Shown here: one piece after another, positions 20,409 to 30,332 of the stretch
Numbering within the stretch: the first letter of the stretch is position 1
How the letters are laid out: the number at the start of each line of letters is the position of its first letter
DNA from: Alphaproteobacteria bacterium
GTDB lineage: Bacteria; Pseudomonadota; Alphaproteobacteria; SP197
Assembly: GCA_965228895.1 (NCBI GenBank)
Contig: OZ245842.1
Coordinates: 1,600,001-1,664,000, forward strand
Reading direction: 5' to 3'
Length of the DNA: 64,000 bases
Translations under genes and position numbers: made by a program
Notes under the pieces: model-generated
Databases searched by the model: none
The model's input: only the letters and a program-made list of their open reading frames with translations
What the model was told of the DNA's origin: nothing

Positions 20409-21984
20409 TCCTTTCGATCAGGAGAAAAACGCCGAGACAGACGATCGCGAGCAGGAGTGCGATCACCGCCGCCTGGTCCATGCGATACGCCGCCATGCTG
20501 CGGTAAAGCATCAGCGACAGCGTCTCGGTGTCGCGCGAACCGAACAGTGCGATGGCAGTGAGGTCGCCCAACGACAGCGCACCGGCAATCGCCAAACCCA
20601 GCGCGGCGGGACGGCGAATGGCCGGCCATTCGACCAGGCGCAAACGATTGGCGCCTTTGATGCCGAGGCTGGCGCACAGGCGGTCGTGGTCCTCCGACAC
20701 GCGATAGAAACGCGGTCCCACGGTCCGCAGTACATAGGGCACGAAGATCACACCATTGACGATGATGACGAGCCAGAGCGCCAGACCGAGAACGTCGGTA
20801 AACGGCAACAGCAGGACAAACAACCCGGCCCCCAGCACGGTGGGCGAAACCACCAGGTTGAGCGAACCCAGGAGCTCAAGTCGGGCGGCCAGTCGGGGGC
20901 GCCAGCGCCGGTACTTAAGATCACGTGTGGTGACCAGCAGCGCGGTGCCGAGCAGCAGCGCCAGCAGGCCGCCGCCAAGACCGACGAACAGGCTGCGTGC
21001 CGTTGCGCGCCATATCGATGCCGATTGCAGGACGTCCGTCACGGGCCCTGTCAGTCCTGCGACGACGACGGCAATAAGTGGCGCCACAACGAAAATCGCC
21101 GCCAAGGCGAGCAGAACGATATCGATGGCGCGAGCGCCGAGGTGATGCCGGTCAGGCCGTGCGACATCTCGGGCGAGTGTGGCGCCACCTTCGGCCGTGC
21201 GTGCGAGTGTCAGAAGCGCGGTCGCCAGAAAGGCGCACAACACGACCTGCAGGATGGCCAGAACGACGGCGCGTGGGATGTCAAAATCCAGACGCAAGGA
21301 CTGGTAGATCGCAACTTCCAAGGTTGCGTTTTGCGGACCGCCGCCAAGGGTCAGCACGACGGCGAAGCTGGTGAAGCACAGCAGGAAGACTAGGACGGCG
21401 ACACCCGGCAAGACTTCGCGCAGGCGCGGCCATTCGATCAGGCGAAAGATCTGCCAGCCCGACATGCCGAACTGGCTCGCCAGGCGCCAGGATTCGCCGG
21501 GGATGGCTTGCCACGCGAGCAGCAGCAGACGCACCGATAGCGGCAGATTGAAGAAGACATGGGCGATCAGAATTCCACCCAGGCCGTAGAGGATCTGCTG
21601 GCGCGGCAGGCCGGTCCACGCGACCGCGTCGTTGACGACACCGTTTTGCCCATAGATTGCGGCCAAGCCGAACACCGCGACGATGACCGGCATGACAAGC
21701 GGCAGGCCGAACAAGCCGAGCAGCACCTGGCGACCGGGAAAGTGTGGCCGCCGCGCCATGGCGCGCGCGACCGGGATCGCCAGGCCGACCGACAGCAATG
21801 TCGACAAGGTCGCTTGCAACAACGTAAAGCGCAAAACCCGCCAGACGTAACTGTCGATGCCGGTCGACATGCCGCTGCCCGACGGTGCGGCATGCAGCAG
21901 CGCCGCGAGTGCAACCACCGCCAAACCCAGGCTGGCGCAAAGCGCCAGTGCGCCCGGCCACAGGTTGGCGCGCAGAAGGGTCAT
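20383..21984 (-). CDS. thiP: Thiamine ABC transporter permease
   Basis: FTLLQATLST, AHVFFNLPL, LGGGPQNATLEVAIYQ; fused double permease. Confidence 0.92.
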   Translation of the reverse strand: MTLLRANLWPGALALCASLGLAVVALAALLHAAPSGSGMSTGIDSYVWRVLRFTLLQATLSTLLSVGLAIPVARAMARRPHFPGRQVLLGLFGLPLVMPVIVAVFGLAAIYGQNGVVNDAVAWTGLPRQQILYGLGGILIAHVFFNLPLSVRLLLLAWQAIPGESWRLASQFGMSGWQIFRLIEWPRLREVLPGVAVLVFLLCFTSFAVVLTLGGGPQNATLEVAIYQSLRLDFDIPRAVVLAILQVVLCAFLATALLTLARTAEGGATLARDVARPDRHHLGARAIDIVLLALAAIFVVAPLIAVVVAGLTGPVTDVLQSASIWRATARSLFVGLGGGLLALLLGTALLVTTRDLKYRRWRPRLAARLELLGSLNLVVSPTVLGAGLFVLLLPFTDVLGLALWLVIIVNGVIFVPYVLRTVGPRFYRVSEDHDRLCASLGIKGANRLRLVEWPAIRRPAALGLAIAGALSLGDLTAIALFGSRDTETLSLMLYRSMAAYRMDQAAVIALLLAIVCLGVFLLIERIVGGRASA

Positions 21985-21988
21985 GGCA

Positions 21989-22999
21989 TCATTGCGCGAT
22001 GGCGTTGAGCCATTCGTCGATCCAGGCTGTCCGATTCGCCGCGACCTCGTCAGGGTCGACCAGCAACACCGTGTCGGGAGGGGGCAGTTCATCAAACTCC
22101 GGCGGCAGGGCGCCACCCAGATCGGTGACCGGATACATCCAGTTGCCGGTCGGGATCACAGTCTGAAATCCGTCGGTCGTGATGAAGTTAAGGAACTGTC
22201 TGGCGAGCTCTTCGTCATCCGTGTTCGCGGTCATGGCGGCGACCTCGACCTGGATGTAGTGACCTTCCGGGAACATCGCCGCGCCGTAGCGCTCTGTCTC
22301 CTCGACGATCTGGTGGTAGGCGGGCGAGGTCGAATAGCTCAGCACCATCGGCGCTTCGCCTTCCAGGAACAGGTTGTAGGCTTCGCCCCAACCCTTGGTG
22401 ACCGTCAGGATGCGCCCGGAAAGCGACTCCCACGCGCCCGGCGCGTCATCGCCATAGACCGTCTTGACCCACAGCAGCAGGCCCAGACCAGGTGTGCTGG
22501 TGCGCGGATCCTGGATGATGATCTTGGGGCCATCGGGATTGTCGACCAGATCAGCCAGGCTCGACGGCGGTTCGGGCAAGACGTCGCTGTCGTAGACAAA
22601 GGCGAAATAGCCGTAGTCGAAGGGCACGAAGGTGGCGTCGTCCCAGGCCAACGGCAGGTCCAGACGCGACAGGTCGGCGCCGTGCGGCGCAAGCCATCCC
22701 GTTGCTTGCGCCTCGGCCATCAGGTTGGTGTCGAGGCCGAGAATGATATCGGCGTTCGTCGCGTCGCCTTCCAGGCGTAACCGGCTCAACAACAGGCCGG
22801 CATCGTCGACGCCGACCCAGTCGATGGTGCAGGCGCATTCGGCCTCGAACGCCTCGGTGATGCCGGGCCCCGGACCCCACTCGCTGATAAACGAGTCATA
22901 GGTGTAGATCGTCAGGGTTCGGTCTTGCGCGTGCGCGCTGAGCGCACCCGCCATAAAGATCGACCCGGCCGTCAGCAAAAGCCTGAATAAAAAACGCAT
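21989..22999 (-). CDS. thiB: Thiamine ABC transporter substrate-binding protein
   Basis: Signal peptide; YTYDSFISEWGPGP, DPRTSTPG, SYSTSPAYH. Confidence 0.95.
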   Translation of the reverse strand: MRFLFRLLLTAGSIFMAGALSAHAQDRTLTIYTYDSFISEWGPGPGITEAFEAECACTIDWVGVDDAGLLLSRLRLEGDATNADIILGLDTNLMAEAQATGWLAPHGADLSRLDLPLAWDDATFVPFDYGYFAFVYDSDVLPEPPSSLADLVDNPDGPKIIIQDPRTSTPGLGLLLWVKTVYGDDAPGAWESLSGRILTVTKGWGEAYNLFLEGEAPMVLSYSTSPAYHQIVEETERYGAAMFPEGHYIQVEVAAMTANTDDEELARQFLNFITTDGFQTVIPTGNWMYPVTDLGGALPPEFDELPPPDTVLLVDPDEVAANRTAWIDEWLNAIAQ

Positions 23000-23063
23000 C
23001 GCAACCCTTCCTTCATCTGGTTTCGGAAGGGGCTCACGATTGACCGGTCTTGGATGTCATCGC

Positions 23064-23148
23064 CTCATTCCCTCCGCCGGCATAACCCGGATCAGGTTCA
23101 ACGGGTCGGTGCGACGGCACCTCTCAGCCCAAAAGGGCTCCCCGTGAG
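23064..23148 (-). ncRNA. TPP riboswitch (THI element)
   Basis: Minus strand reads GGGGAGCCC...GGGCTGAGAGG...GACCCGTTGAACCTGATCCGGGTTATGCCGGCGGAGGGA upstream of thiB; a downstream CCCTTCC/GGAAGGG hairpin (~23004-23031) covers the RBS, suggesting translational control. Confidence 0.95.
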
Positions 23149-23196
23149 TGATGCGTTATGAGGTAGGCGCAGACGGACGCCTTGGCAAGTAGATTC

Positions 23197-23421
23197 TCAG
23201 GCCTTGTGGCGCAGGCGGAAGGAGTAGACGCCGTCTTCTTCCGACCAATCGATCAAGGTGTGTCCTGTCAGCTCGCAGAACGCACGAAAGTCCTCGACCG
23301 CGCTGGGATCGGTTGCCAGAACCTCGAGTTCGTCGCCGGGCTCAAGGGACTTCAGTTTCTTTTTCGCCTTCAAGACCGGCAGCGGGCAGGCGAGTCCTTT
23401 GACATCAAGAACGTGGCTCAT
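23197..23421 (-). CDS. Sulfurtransferase TusA/SirA family protein
   Basis: LDVKGLACPLPVL and ATDP motifs. Confidence 0.9.
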   Translation of the reverse strand: MSHVLDVKGLACPLPVLKAKKKLKSLEPGDELEVLATDPSAVEDFRAFCELTGHTLIDWSEEDGVYSFRLRHKA

Positions 23422-23427
23422 GGGCGT

Positions 23428-23838
23428 CTACTTCGGCGCGCCAGGGCCGAGTGGCTGGCCATAGCTGAACTCGACCAGCGCGCCGTCGGGGTCGCGTACC
23501 CCGCAAAAGTAACCGACGGGGTAAGGTTCCTCGGTTGGCGCCCAAAAGAGGTTGCCCATGGCTTCGGCGTTCTTGGCGATGCGGTCGACCTCCTCGCGGC
23601 TGGCGCAGGCAAAACCCAGATGACTGAAATCCCGTTCGGCCTGATCGCTGGGTTCACCACCTGACATCATGACAAACACGAACTCTTTCTCGCGCCCCGC
23701 CTCGGCCATCCAGATCACGCGCTGACCATCATCGTTGCGCTCGTGCACGACCGACATGCCGCATAGGTTCTCGTAGAACGCTTGCATCGCATCGATGTCG
23801 CGGACGTGCAGGGCAATATGGGTTAAAACCGGTTTCAT
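23428..23838 (-). CDS. VOC / glyoxalase family protein
   Basis: LTHIALHV, SHLGFA, RDPDGALVEFSYGQP; GGAGG RBS before ATG 23838. Confidence 0.88.
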   Translation of the reverse strand: MKPVLTHIALHVRDIDAMQAFYENLCGMSVVHERNDDGQRVIWMAEAGREKEFVFVMMSGGEPSDQAERDFSHLGFACASREEVDRIAKNAEAMGNLFWAPTEEPYPVGYFCGVRDPDGALVEFSYGQPLGPGAPK

Positions 23839-24514
23839 GGCGAACCTCCGAGGCTTCATCTTGGCATGTTCTCTGGCGACGGCAACCGTCGCGGCGTATG
23901 CAGACGACGCTTGCGGTGAGGAAGGCTGTTACCGGGTCGCCTGGTTCGATTACGCCGGCACGATTTCGACAACGTCGGATGTCGCCGACTTGACGACAGC
24001 CAGCGAACTCTCCGCCGTTGAGGTCGAGGTCATTGCAACGTTGGTAGGGCGTCGGCAAAGTCTTCGTATTCGTGGTCTGGAGTTGCGCTATCTCGTCGGT
24101 AAGACGGCGACCTCGGAAGGGGAGGGATCGACCAAGATTGACGCAATCCGACACCAGATTGAGTCGATCGAAGAAGAGATCTGTTACATCGACGGTGATC
24201 TTGCTGAGCGGCTCGACGCTTACGGCCGGCGATCCGGTCCGTGGTTGGTCATGTTGGCCGGTGAGTCATGCATGAATGTCTGGTTCGTGCCGCTGCCTCC
24301 GTGTGACGCTCCGAAAGAAGCATCCCTTCAGTCAGACGATGGTCACGGGTGGCTGGGCGCAGGATCTGTAAACGCGACGCCGATTCCGGGCTTCGAACCA
24401 CCCGGTGTCTGCGCGCCGCTCCTGCTGGACTTCCACTGTGCTCGTCCTGTGGTTAACGACAGCGTGACCATCAACCTTGATGGTCAGGTCATGCCGTTCA
24501 CGTTCGGACAGTAA
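23837..24514 (+). CDS. Hypothetical exported Cys-containing protein
   Basis: Signal-peptide-like N-terminus ending AYA|DD; 225-aa open frame filling the gap; start uncertain (ATG 23837 or TTG 23861). Confidence 0.5.
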   Translation: MANLRGFILACSLATATVAAYADDACGEEGCYRVAWFDYAGTISTTSDVADLTTASELSAVEVEVIATLVGRRQSLRIRGLELRYLVGKTATSEGEGSTKIDAIRHQIESIEEEICYIDGDLAERLDAYGRRSGPWLVMLAGESCMNVWFVPLPPCDAPKEASLQSDDGHGWLGAGSVNATPIPGFEPPGVCAPLLLDFHCARPVVNDSVTINLDGQVMPFTFGQ

Positions 24515-24601
24515 GAACCGAACTGCTCGGACACATGCCCTGCCAAAGATCGATCGCACAGCCAACCGTTTCGCGCCGGCGTTCAAATCAAAGATAGGCG
24601 G

Positions 24602-24862
24602 TCAGTCGTGGCGCGAGCGGAAGGCAAGCCAGATGACCAGCAGGAACAGGCACCCCGCCGCCGCGACGGCGAGGTCACCGCTCGACGGATGGGACTCCGT
24701 GACGGCGAATGGCCCTGCCGACGAACCCGTCGCGCCCCCCAGCAGCAACGTGTCGGCCGACAGGGCCAAGAGGACGATGGCGGCGGTCAAAGCCACCATC
24801 AAAACGAGCGCTTTGGGCAGTCGTTTAACCGGCTGTGGTCGGCTCAGGTCCTGAAGTGCCAT
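24602..24862 (-). CDS. Small hypothetical membrane protein (2 TM)
   Basis: Two hydrophobic segments; lies 16 bp downstream of a co-oriented small ORF. Confidence 0.5.
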   Translation of the reverse strand: MALQDLSRPQPVKRLPKALVLMVALTAAIVLLALSADTLLLGGATGSSAGPFAVTESHPSSGDLAVAAAGCLFLLVIWLAFRSRHD

Positions 24863-24878
24863 GGCCGGTGATGTCTCG

Positions 24879-25139
24879 TTAGGACAACTGGCGGAGAATG
24901 TGGAGATTAACCAGGAAGGAGTCGGAGGAAACACCGACATTGATGAACCGGTTCTCCACCCGTTTGATGTTCGGTTCGATCAGAAGGCCTGCCTTGATGG
25001 CCTCGTCCATGGCTTCCTGCAGGTTCTTCATCGCCTTGACGGCGGCCTGCGCGAGTTCCTGGTCCGACCGCTTTGTTGCGCGTGACCCGTCAAACTCCAG
25101 GACCTGGGACGAGGCGGGGTGGTGCTGTGTGTCCATCAT
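24879..25139 (-). CDS. Small hypothetical protein
   Basis: 86-aa ORF with AAGGGG RBS and host-like codon usage. Confidence 0.6.
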   Translation of the reverse strand: MMDTQHHPASSQVLEFDGSRATKRSDQELAQAAVKAMKNLQEAMDEAIKAGLLIEPNIKRVENRFINVGVSSDSFLVNLHILRQLS

Positions 25140-25480
25140 GAGTTCCCCTTATTGTTGGTCGCCAACACACCCAATCAGGCAGGTGAGAGCGGCCTTAACG
25201 CGCACATTCATCTGATGGGTCTATTCTACCTATTTCGACAGGACTCGCCCACGCGGAGGGACGCTTATTCTGGATATGATTCGTGTAATGCGGAGTAATT
25301 TGTACTACTTTAGTGGTATTCGTTAACGAGTAGTGAGGCGGCGCGCACCGGTTATCTCGTCGTTGTCACGCTGCGCACGAATCATGATCCGGGCCGGGTA
25401 GGGCGCCACTTGACGATGACTCATTGGCGATGAAAAAGCCTGGGTCGCGATTTCTGTTGGGGATGTAGGGTTCTTTGCCG

Positions 25481-26806
25481 ATGCCGGACAACGACGATCG
25501 GACAGTGGCGCGTAGGTCTTCCGACTCCCTGGGAGCGGCCAACGAGCACGAAGGCTGGAACTTCAAGGTCCTCGTTCTGCAAGGGACGGCAACGGACCTC
25601 AGCCGCGTCTTCGCGAGCCCGAAGCTTGTCTTGCCCTATCTCTACATCGCGCTGGGCGCGCCGGTCGTGTTTGCCGGCCTGCTAATCCCTATCGTGCAAG
25701 TCGCGCGCATGCTGACACAGCTTGTTACGGCACCGCGCATCTCATCGGCAACGGCGCGTAAGTGGTTCATGGTGTTCGGCACGATGATCGCGATTGCCGC
25801 GCTCATCGTCATTGCGATCGCGGCACGGCAACAGCAGACGCTTTCTTTGGCTCTTCTCTTCTTGCTGGTCGCCGGTGTGCTGGGTGTGGGGCAGGGATTA
25901 AACACCTTGGCGCTACAGACGATGCTGCGCCACATCATGACCAGAGACCGTCAGAACAGGCTGCTGTTGGTCCAACAGATCATCGGCGGCGTGCTTGCCA
26001 TCGCGATCGCGGCGGGTTCCGTCTTCTGGTTCGATTTCGGTGATCCTCTGACAAGCCACATATCGCTTCTTTGGATCGGTATTGGCGCCGCGCTCATCGC
26101 GACGATCGTGACCATGGCCGTGCGCGAGTACCACGGCGCTCGCGACACGCCCGTTGCGCCAGCCGAACCTGCGGACCGAATGCCAGCGCCCAGTCTCCTG
26201 CACGGGTTCGGTCTTTTGCGGCGGCTGCGGTGGTTTCGCCAGTTCTGCATCCTCAGATGCCTGTTGCTGTCGGTCGAACTGGCGATGCCGTTCTATGCCA
26301 TCCATGCCGCGTTGCCTCACGGCAACAAGACGGGGACGCTGCACTCCTTCGTCATCGCATCAAGTCTGGGCATGGTGGTGTCCGGAATCATTTGGCGCAA
26401 TCAGACGCGCTGGCCGTTGCGTTACTCGATCTTCGCATCGGCGCTGATCGCAGGCTCCGCAGCCGTTGCCGCCATCGTGATCGAAATCGTCTCGGGGGAC
26501 TCGATCCACTACCTCTGGCACATGACCGTATTTTTCCTGATTGCCTTGGCGGCAAAGGGTACGGGCGTGGCGCGACAAGTCTATCTGTTGTCGGCATCAT
26601 CGAAAGCTGATGCCGCCTATCATGTCTCCGTCAGCAATGCGATTACCGGCGTCGTCGCAATCGCGTTCGCCTTCATCCTTGGCGTCCTCGCTCACGTTGG
26701 CCATGCAATCTGGCCAATTCTCATCTTGCTGGCGCTCAATCTAACTACGGCGGCGTACGCGCTTAGCCTGCCGACCGAACATCGTGCTGCTGCGGAGACG
26801 TCATAG
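25481..26806 (+). CDS. MFS-like transporter
   Basis: About 12 hydrophobic helices in two halves with a central loop. Confidence 0.75.
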   Translation: MPDNDDRTVARRSSDSLGAANEHEGWNFKVLVLQGTATDLSRVFASPKLVLPYLYIALGAPVVFAGLLIPIVQVARMLTQLVTAPRISSATARKWFMVFGTMIAIAALIVIAIAARQQQTLSLALLFLLVAGVLGVGQGLNTLALQTMLRHIMTRDRQNRLLLVQQIIGGVLAIAIAAGSVFWFDFGDPLTSHISLLWIGIGAALIATIVTMAVREYHGARDTPVAPAEPADRMPAPSLLHGFGLLRRLRWFRQFCILRCLLLSVELAMPFYAIHAALPHGNKTGTLHSFVIASSLGMVVSGIIWRNQTRWPLRYSIFASALIAGSAAVAAIVIEIVSGDSIHYLWHMTVFFLIALAAKGTGVARQVYLLSASSKADAAYHVSVSNAITGVVAIAFAFILGVLAHVGHAIWPILILLALNLTTAAYALSLPTEHRAAAETS

Positions 26807-26828
26807 CGCGACCTAACCTCGATTTGCT

Positions 26829-27209
26829 CTATGGGCACGGCCAGCGGTGCTGGATGGCGTTGAACAAAGACGAGATCGCGTAGTTCTCCATCTGCTCGGG
26901 AAAGGCGCGCAGATAGTTCGTCCACGCCAGCACGATCTCCAGCGTCGCCGCGCTTTGCGGCAGACAGAACGGCGTCAGGCCCAGGCCCTGGTGAATGATG
27001 ATGGTGTCGCCGACGCCGCGCACATAAGACGAGCAGGCGACCATCTCCGTCCACATGTCCGGCGTGATATCGCTGGTGTCTTCGGTGATCACATAGTCGG
27101 CGAAGTCGACGCAGCCCTGATAGAAGTAGGACGCCGTCTGGCCTTCCTCCTGCGCGGCCGCGCTGAGCGGGAGCGACAGAAAGAGGAATATCAGGACTGC
27201 TCTGACCAT
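26829..27209 (-). CDS. Rap1a/Tai family (T6SS amidase immunity-like) exported protein
   Basis: Signal peptide; C..CxxYVxGVxD..FCLP..YLxxxPE..WPC pattern. Confidence 0.75.
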   Translation of the reverse strand: MVRAVLIFLFLSLPLSAAAQEEGQTASYFYQGCVDFADYVITEDTSDITPDMWTEMVACSSYVRGVGDTIIIHQGLGLTPFCLPQSAATLEIVLAWTNYLRAFPEQMENYAISSLFNAIQHRWPCP

Positions 27210-27339
27210 GCGTTCCGTCTCCTGGGTCCAAAGCCATTGCCAAAGCATAAGGTGAGCAAGACCATAGGACCATTCTCACGAACAACCCACGCGCGGCCAT
27301 GGCTGGTGTTCCGGTTGTTCCCAGCTTAGGAGGCCAGAT

Positions 27340-27699
27340 ATGACGGATTGCCGCTTATGCCGTGCCGAAGCGCTGGAGCAGGACCCCAAGGGCCTGGCGA
27401 AGCTGATCGCGTTTCCCACCCCGGTCTTCGAGGGCCACCAGGTCGTCATGACCGCCGCCCACCACGAGCGCGCCGAGGACGTCAGCCCCGAGGAATGGCA
27501 TGCGGTCGGTAGCCTGGTCGGCGCCATGAACGCGCGTCTACGGCAGGAGCCCGGCTTCGAGCGCTGCTACCTTTTGGCCATCGGCGACGCCGATGGCCAC
27601 CAGCTCCATATGCACGTGGTCCCGAGGTTCGAGGGCGACCCGCCGCTCGGCCCGCACATCTTCGGCCCGGACGGCTGGATCGCCGGCCGCTCGTCGTAG
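27340..27699 (+). CDS. HIT family protein
   Basis: N-terminal CxxC; HQLHMHVVPRF histidine-triad-like motif; AGGAGG RBS. Confidence 0.75.
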   Translation: MTDCRLCRAEALEQDPKGLAKLIAFPTPVFEGHQVVMTAAHHERAEDVSPEEWHAVGSLVGAMNARLRQEPGFERCYLLAIGDADGHQLHMHVVPRFEGDPPLGPHIFGPDGWIAGRSS

Positions 27700-27941
27700 G
27701 CGAACGACCGGGCGCCTCGTCAGCCTCGGGCTTGCCGAGATCCTGTTATCCGAGGGGCCTACTAAGCTCGCAGGCCAAAGCCCCGTTCGCTGTGTGCTGG
27801 CGCTGAACTGACTCTAATGTCAGTGCGATCCGGCGCTTAAGAAGCACGGCATCAGCTGAAGAATGAAGACCGCACTTTCGTGACAACGTCAGTTCGTTCG
27901 CTAGAATGCATCATCAACGTGAACCCGTTGGGAGGAATGAG

Positions 27942-28415
27942 ATGATGATGTCGCGTGCTTCGATGGTTCGTTGTCTTGCCAGTGTTGCCTTCGTTGTTGC
28001 TGCGCTGTCTGGGCAGGTCATGGCACAGGATCGGGCGACGGCCGAAGAGGCTCAGGCCATGGTAGCCGACGCCATTGCCTATTATGACGCCAACGGTGAC
28101 ATGGCGACCTTCGAAATGATCAACGCCGACAACCCGCGATTTCATCGAAACGATCTCTATGTCTTTGTCATCGCCGACAGCGGGATGGCCCATGCCCACC
28201 CGGTCAAAAATGAACTGGTCGGCAAAGATTTGACGACACTTGAAGATGCCAATGGAAAGCGCTTCATCGAAGAGTTTATCGAAGTCGCGGGGGCCGATGG
28301 CGCGTGGGTAGATTATGTATGGGAAGATCCGACCAGCGGCGAAATTGAAGACAAATCAAGCTGGGTCGTGTTGCATGACGGCTACATCTTCGGCGCCGGC
28401 ATCTACAAACCTTAA
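27942..28415 (+). CDS. Stand-alone single Cache domain exported protein
   Basis: Signal peptide; DLYVFV, AHP, DANGKRF, WVDYVW, KSSWV, GAGIY. Confidence 0.85.
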   Translation: MMMSRASMVRCLASVAFVVAALSGQVMAQDRATAEEAQAMVADAIAYYDANGDMATFEMINADNPRFHRNDLYVFVIADSGMAHAHPVKNELVGKDLTTLEDANGKRFIEEFIEVAGADGAWVDYVWEDPTSGEIEDKSSWVVLHDGYIFGAGIYKP

Positions 28416-28578
28416 CCGGCTAAAATTGATAAGCCTCTACCGGTTAGCAATGACGGGCGGGTTTGGAAAAACGCCATAGCGAGCCGGCTGAGTTGCACGT
28501 TCCCGCGCTGTTCTGCGCTGAAACTGCAACTCATCACGTTTGGCGATGTTGGAGAACCGCAGGTTTCTGCGGAAGAAA

Positions 28579-28653
28579 TGGTGCCGCCGCTCAGGATTGA
28601 ACTGAGGACCTCACCCTTACCAAGGGTGCGCTCTACCACTGAGCTACGGCGGC
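28579..28653 (-). tRNA. tRNA-Thr(GGT)
   Basis: Minus strand GCCGCCGTAGCTCAGTGGTAGAGCGCACCCTTGGTAAGGGTGAGGTCCTCAGTTCAATCCTGAGCGGCGGCACCA; cloverleaf with encoded CCA. Confidence 0.97.
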
Positions 28654-28720
28654 ATTGTGAGGCGGCGGGGAACCTGCCACAGTGCCCCGAACGACGCAAT
28701 TACAACATCCAAGGGCTGTG

Positions 28721-28894
28721 ATGGCCGACAAAAAGCCGGCGGAGAGCGCCGGGAAGGGTACCGCTGACGATCGCGAGGCGCGGTTGGCCGCGGCCTTGCG
28801 CGAGAACTTGCGCCGTCGCAAGAGCCAAACCCGGGAACGCGAACCAGGTTCTGAAGCCGCCGAGAGCCCCGGGCGACCGCCTGCAAGGTCCTAG
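28721..28894 (+). CDS. Small conserved hypothetical protein upstream of murA
   Basis: REARLAAALRENLRRRKSQ motif typical of the alphaproteobacterial ORF between tRNA-Thr and murA. Confidence 0.75.
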   Translation: MADKKPAESAGKGTADDREARLAAALRENLRRRKSQTREREPGSEAAESPGRPPARS

Positions 28895-29066
28895 ACTCTA
28901 GCTATCGTGCGGCTTTCCAGGATTTGTGGACGTGTGACGGCCGGCAATTGCGGTCGGCGCCCGCATCGCTTACAACCCCGGCCATGGTTCCGCCCCAACC
29001 GCCCACGATCGTGGGCGGTCTCACGGAACGGGCCGCCGGCAGGTGGGCGGCGGATTGGGGAGTTGG

Positions 29067-30332
29067 ATGCTGGATAAGATCAGGATTTCAGGCGGCGCGC
29101 GCCTGAAGGGGGAAATCGTGGTGGCGGGTGCCAAAAACGCGGCACTCAAGCTGATGGTCGCCTCGCTTCTGACCGATAAGCCGCTGGTGCTCGAGAACGT
29201 GCCTTATCTGGCCGATGTCGACGCGCTGGAGCAAGTCCTGGACGAACTCGGCGTCCAGACAGCACGCGACGGCGATGGCGCCATGACGCTCTCGGCGGCG
29301 GCCATCCGCTCGACCACCGCGTCCTATGATCTCGTGCGCAAGATGCGTGCTTCGGTCCTGGTTTTCGGTCCGCTTCTGGCGCGCTGCGGCAAAGCCCGGG
29401 TGTCGCTGCCCGGCGGCTGTGCCATCGGCACCCGACCCGTCGACCTGCACATCAGGGGTTTCGAGGCGATGGGCGCCAGGATCGACCTGGATGACGGCTA
29501 TATGGTCGGCGCCGCGCCTGACGGTTTGAAAGGCGCGACGATTGCTTTCCCCTATGTCTCGGTTGGCGCCACCGAACACCTGATGATGGCGGCGACCCTG
29601 GCCGACGGTGAGACCGTGCTGGAGAACGCCGCGCGCGAACCGGAGATCGCCGACCTCGCCCAATGCCTCAATGCCATGGGCGCCCACGTGAGCGGCGCCG
29701 GCAGTCCGACCATACGGATAGAGGGCGTCGAGCGGCTCGACGGCACGCGCCACCGCGTGCTGCCCGACCGTATCGAGACCGGTACTTATGCGATGGCCGC
29801 GGCCCTGACCGATGGCGAACTGCATCTGGTCGGCGGCCAGGGCGGTGAGCTCGCCGCCGTTGTCGACACGCTGACCGCCTGCGGCGCGGATATTGCCGTC
29901 AGCAACCGCGGCATGACGGTGAAGCGCGCCAACGGTGAGCTGAAGGCTGGCGACATCACGACCGAACCTTATCCGGGTTTCCCGACCGATTTGCAGGCCC
30001 AGTTCATGGCGTTGATGGCGACGGCCGACGGCACGTCCCACATTGCCGAAACGATTTTCGAGAACCGCTTCATGCATGTGCCCGAACTCGCGCGTATGGG
30101 CGCTGACATCACTGTCAACGGTGGCACGGCGATGGTGCGTGGTGTCGAGACGCTGACCGGTGCCCCGGTCATGGCGACCGACCTGCGCGCTTCGGTCTCG
30201 CTGGTTCTGGCCGGTTTGGCGGCCGAGGGCGAGACCACCATCAACCGGGTCTATCACCTCGACCGCGGCTATGAATGCCTGGTCGAGAAACTCGCCGCAT
30301 GCGGCGCGCGCATTGATAGGGTAGCGACGTGA
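29067..30332 (+). CDS. murA: UDP-N-acetylglucosamine 1-carboxyvinyltransferase
   Basis: [23 protein letters not shown] (catalytic Cys), [22 protein letters not shown]. Confidence 0.98.
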   Translation: MLDKIRISGGARLKGEIVVAGAKNAALKLMVASLLTDKPLVLENVPYLADVDALEQVLDELGVQTARDGDGAMTLSAAAIRSTTASYDLVRKMRASVLVFGPLLARCGKARVSLPGGCAIGTRPVDLHIRGFEAMGARIDLDDGYMVGAAPDGLKGATIAFPYVSVGATEHLMMAATLADGETVLENAAREPEIADLAQCLNAMGAHVSGAGSPTIRIEGVERLDGTRHRVLPDRIETGTYAMAAALTDGELHLVGGQGGELAAVVDTLTACGADIAVSNRGMTVKRANGELKAGDITTEPYPGFPTDLQAQFMALMATADGTSHIAETIFENRFMHVPELARMGADITVNGGTAMVRGVETLTGAPVMATDLRASVSLVLAGLAAEGETTINRVYHLDRGYECLVEKLAACGARIDRVAT

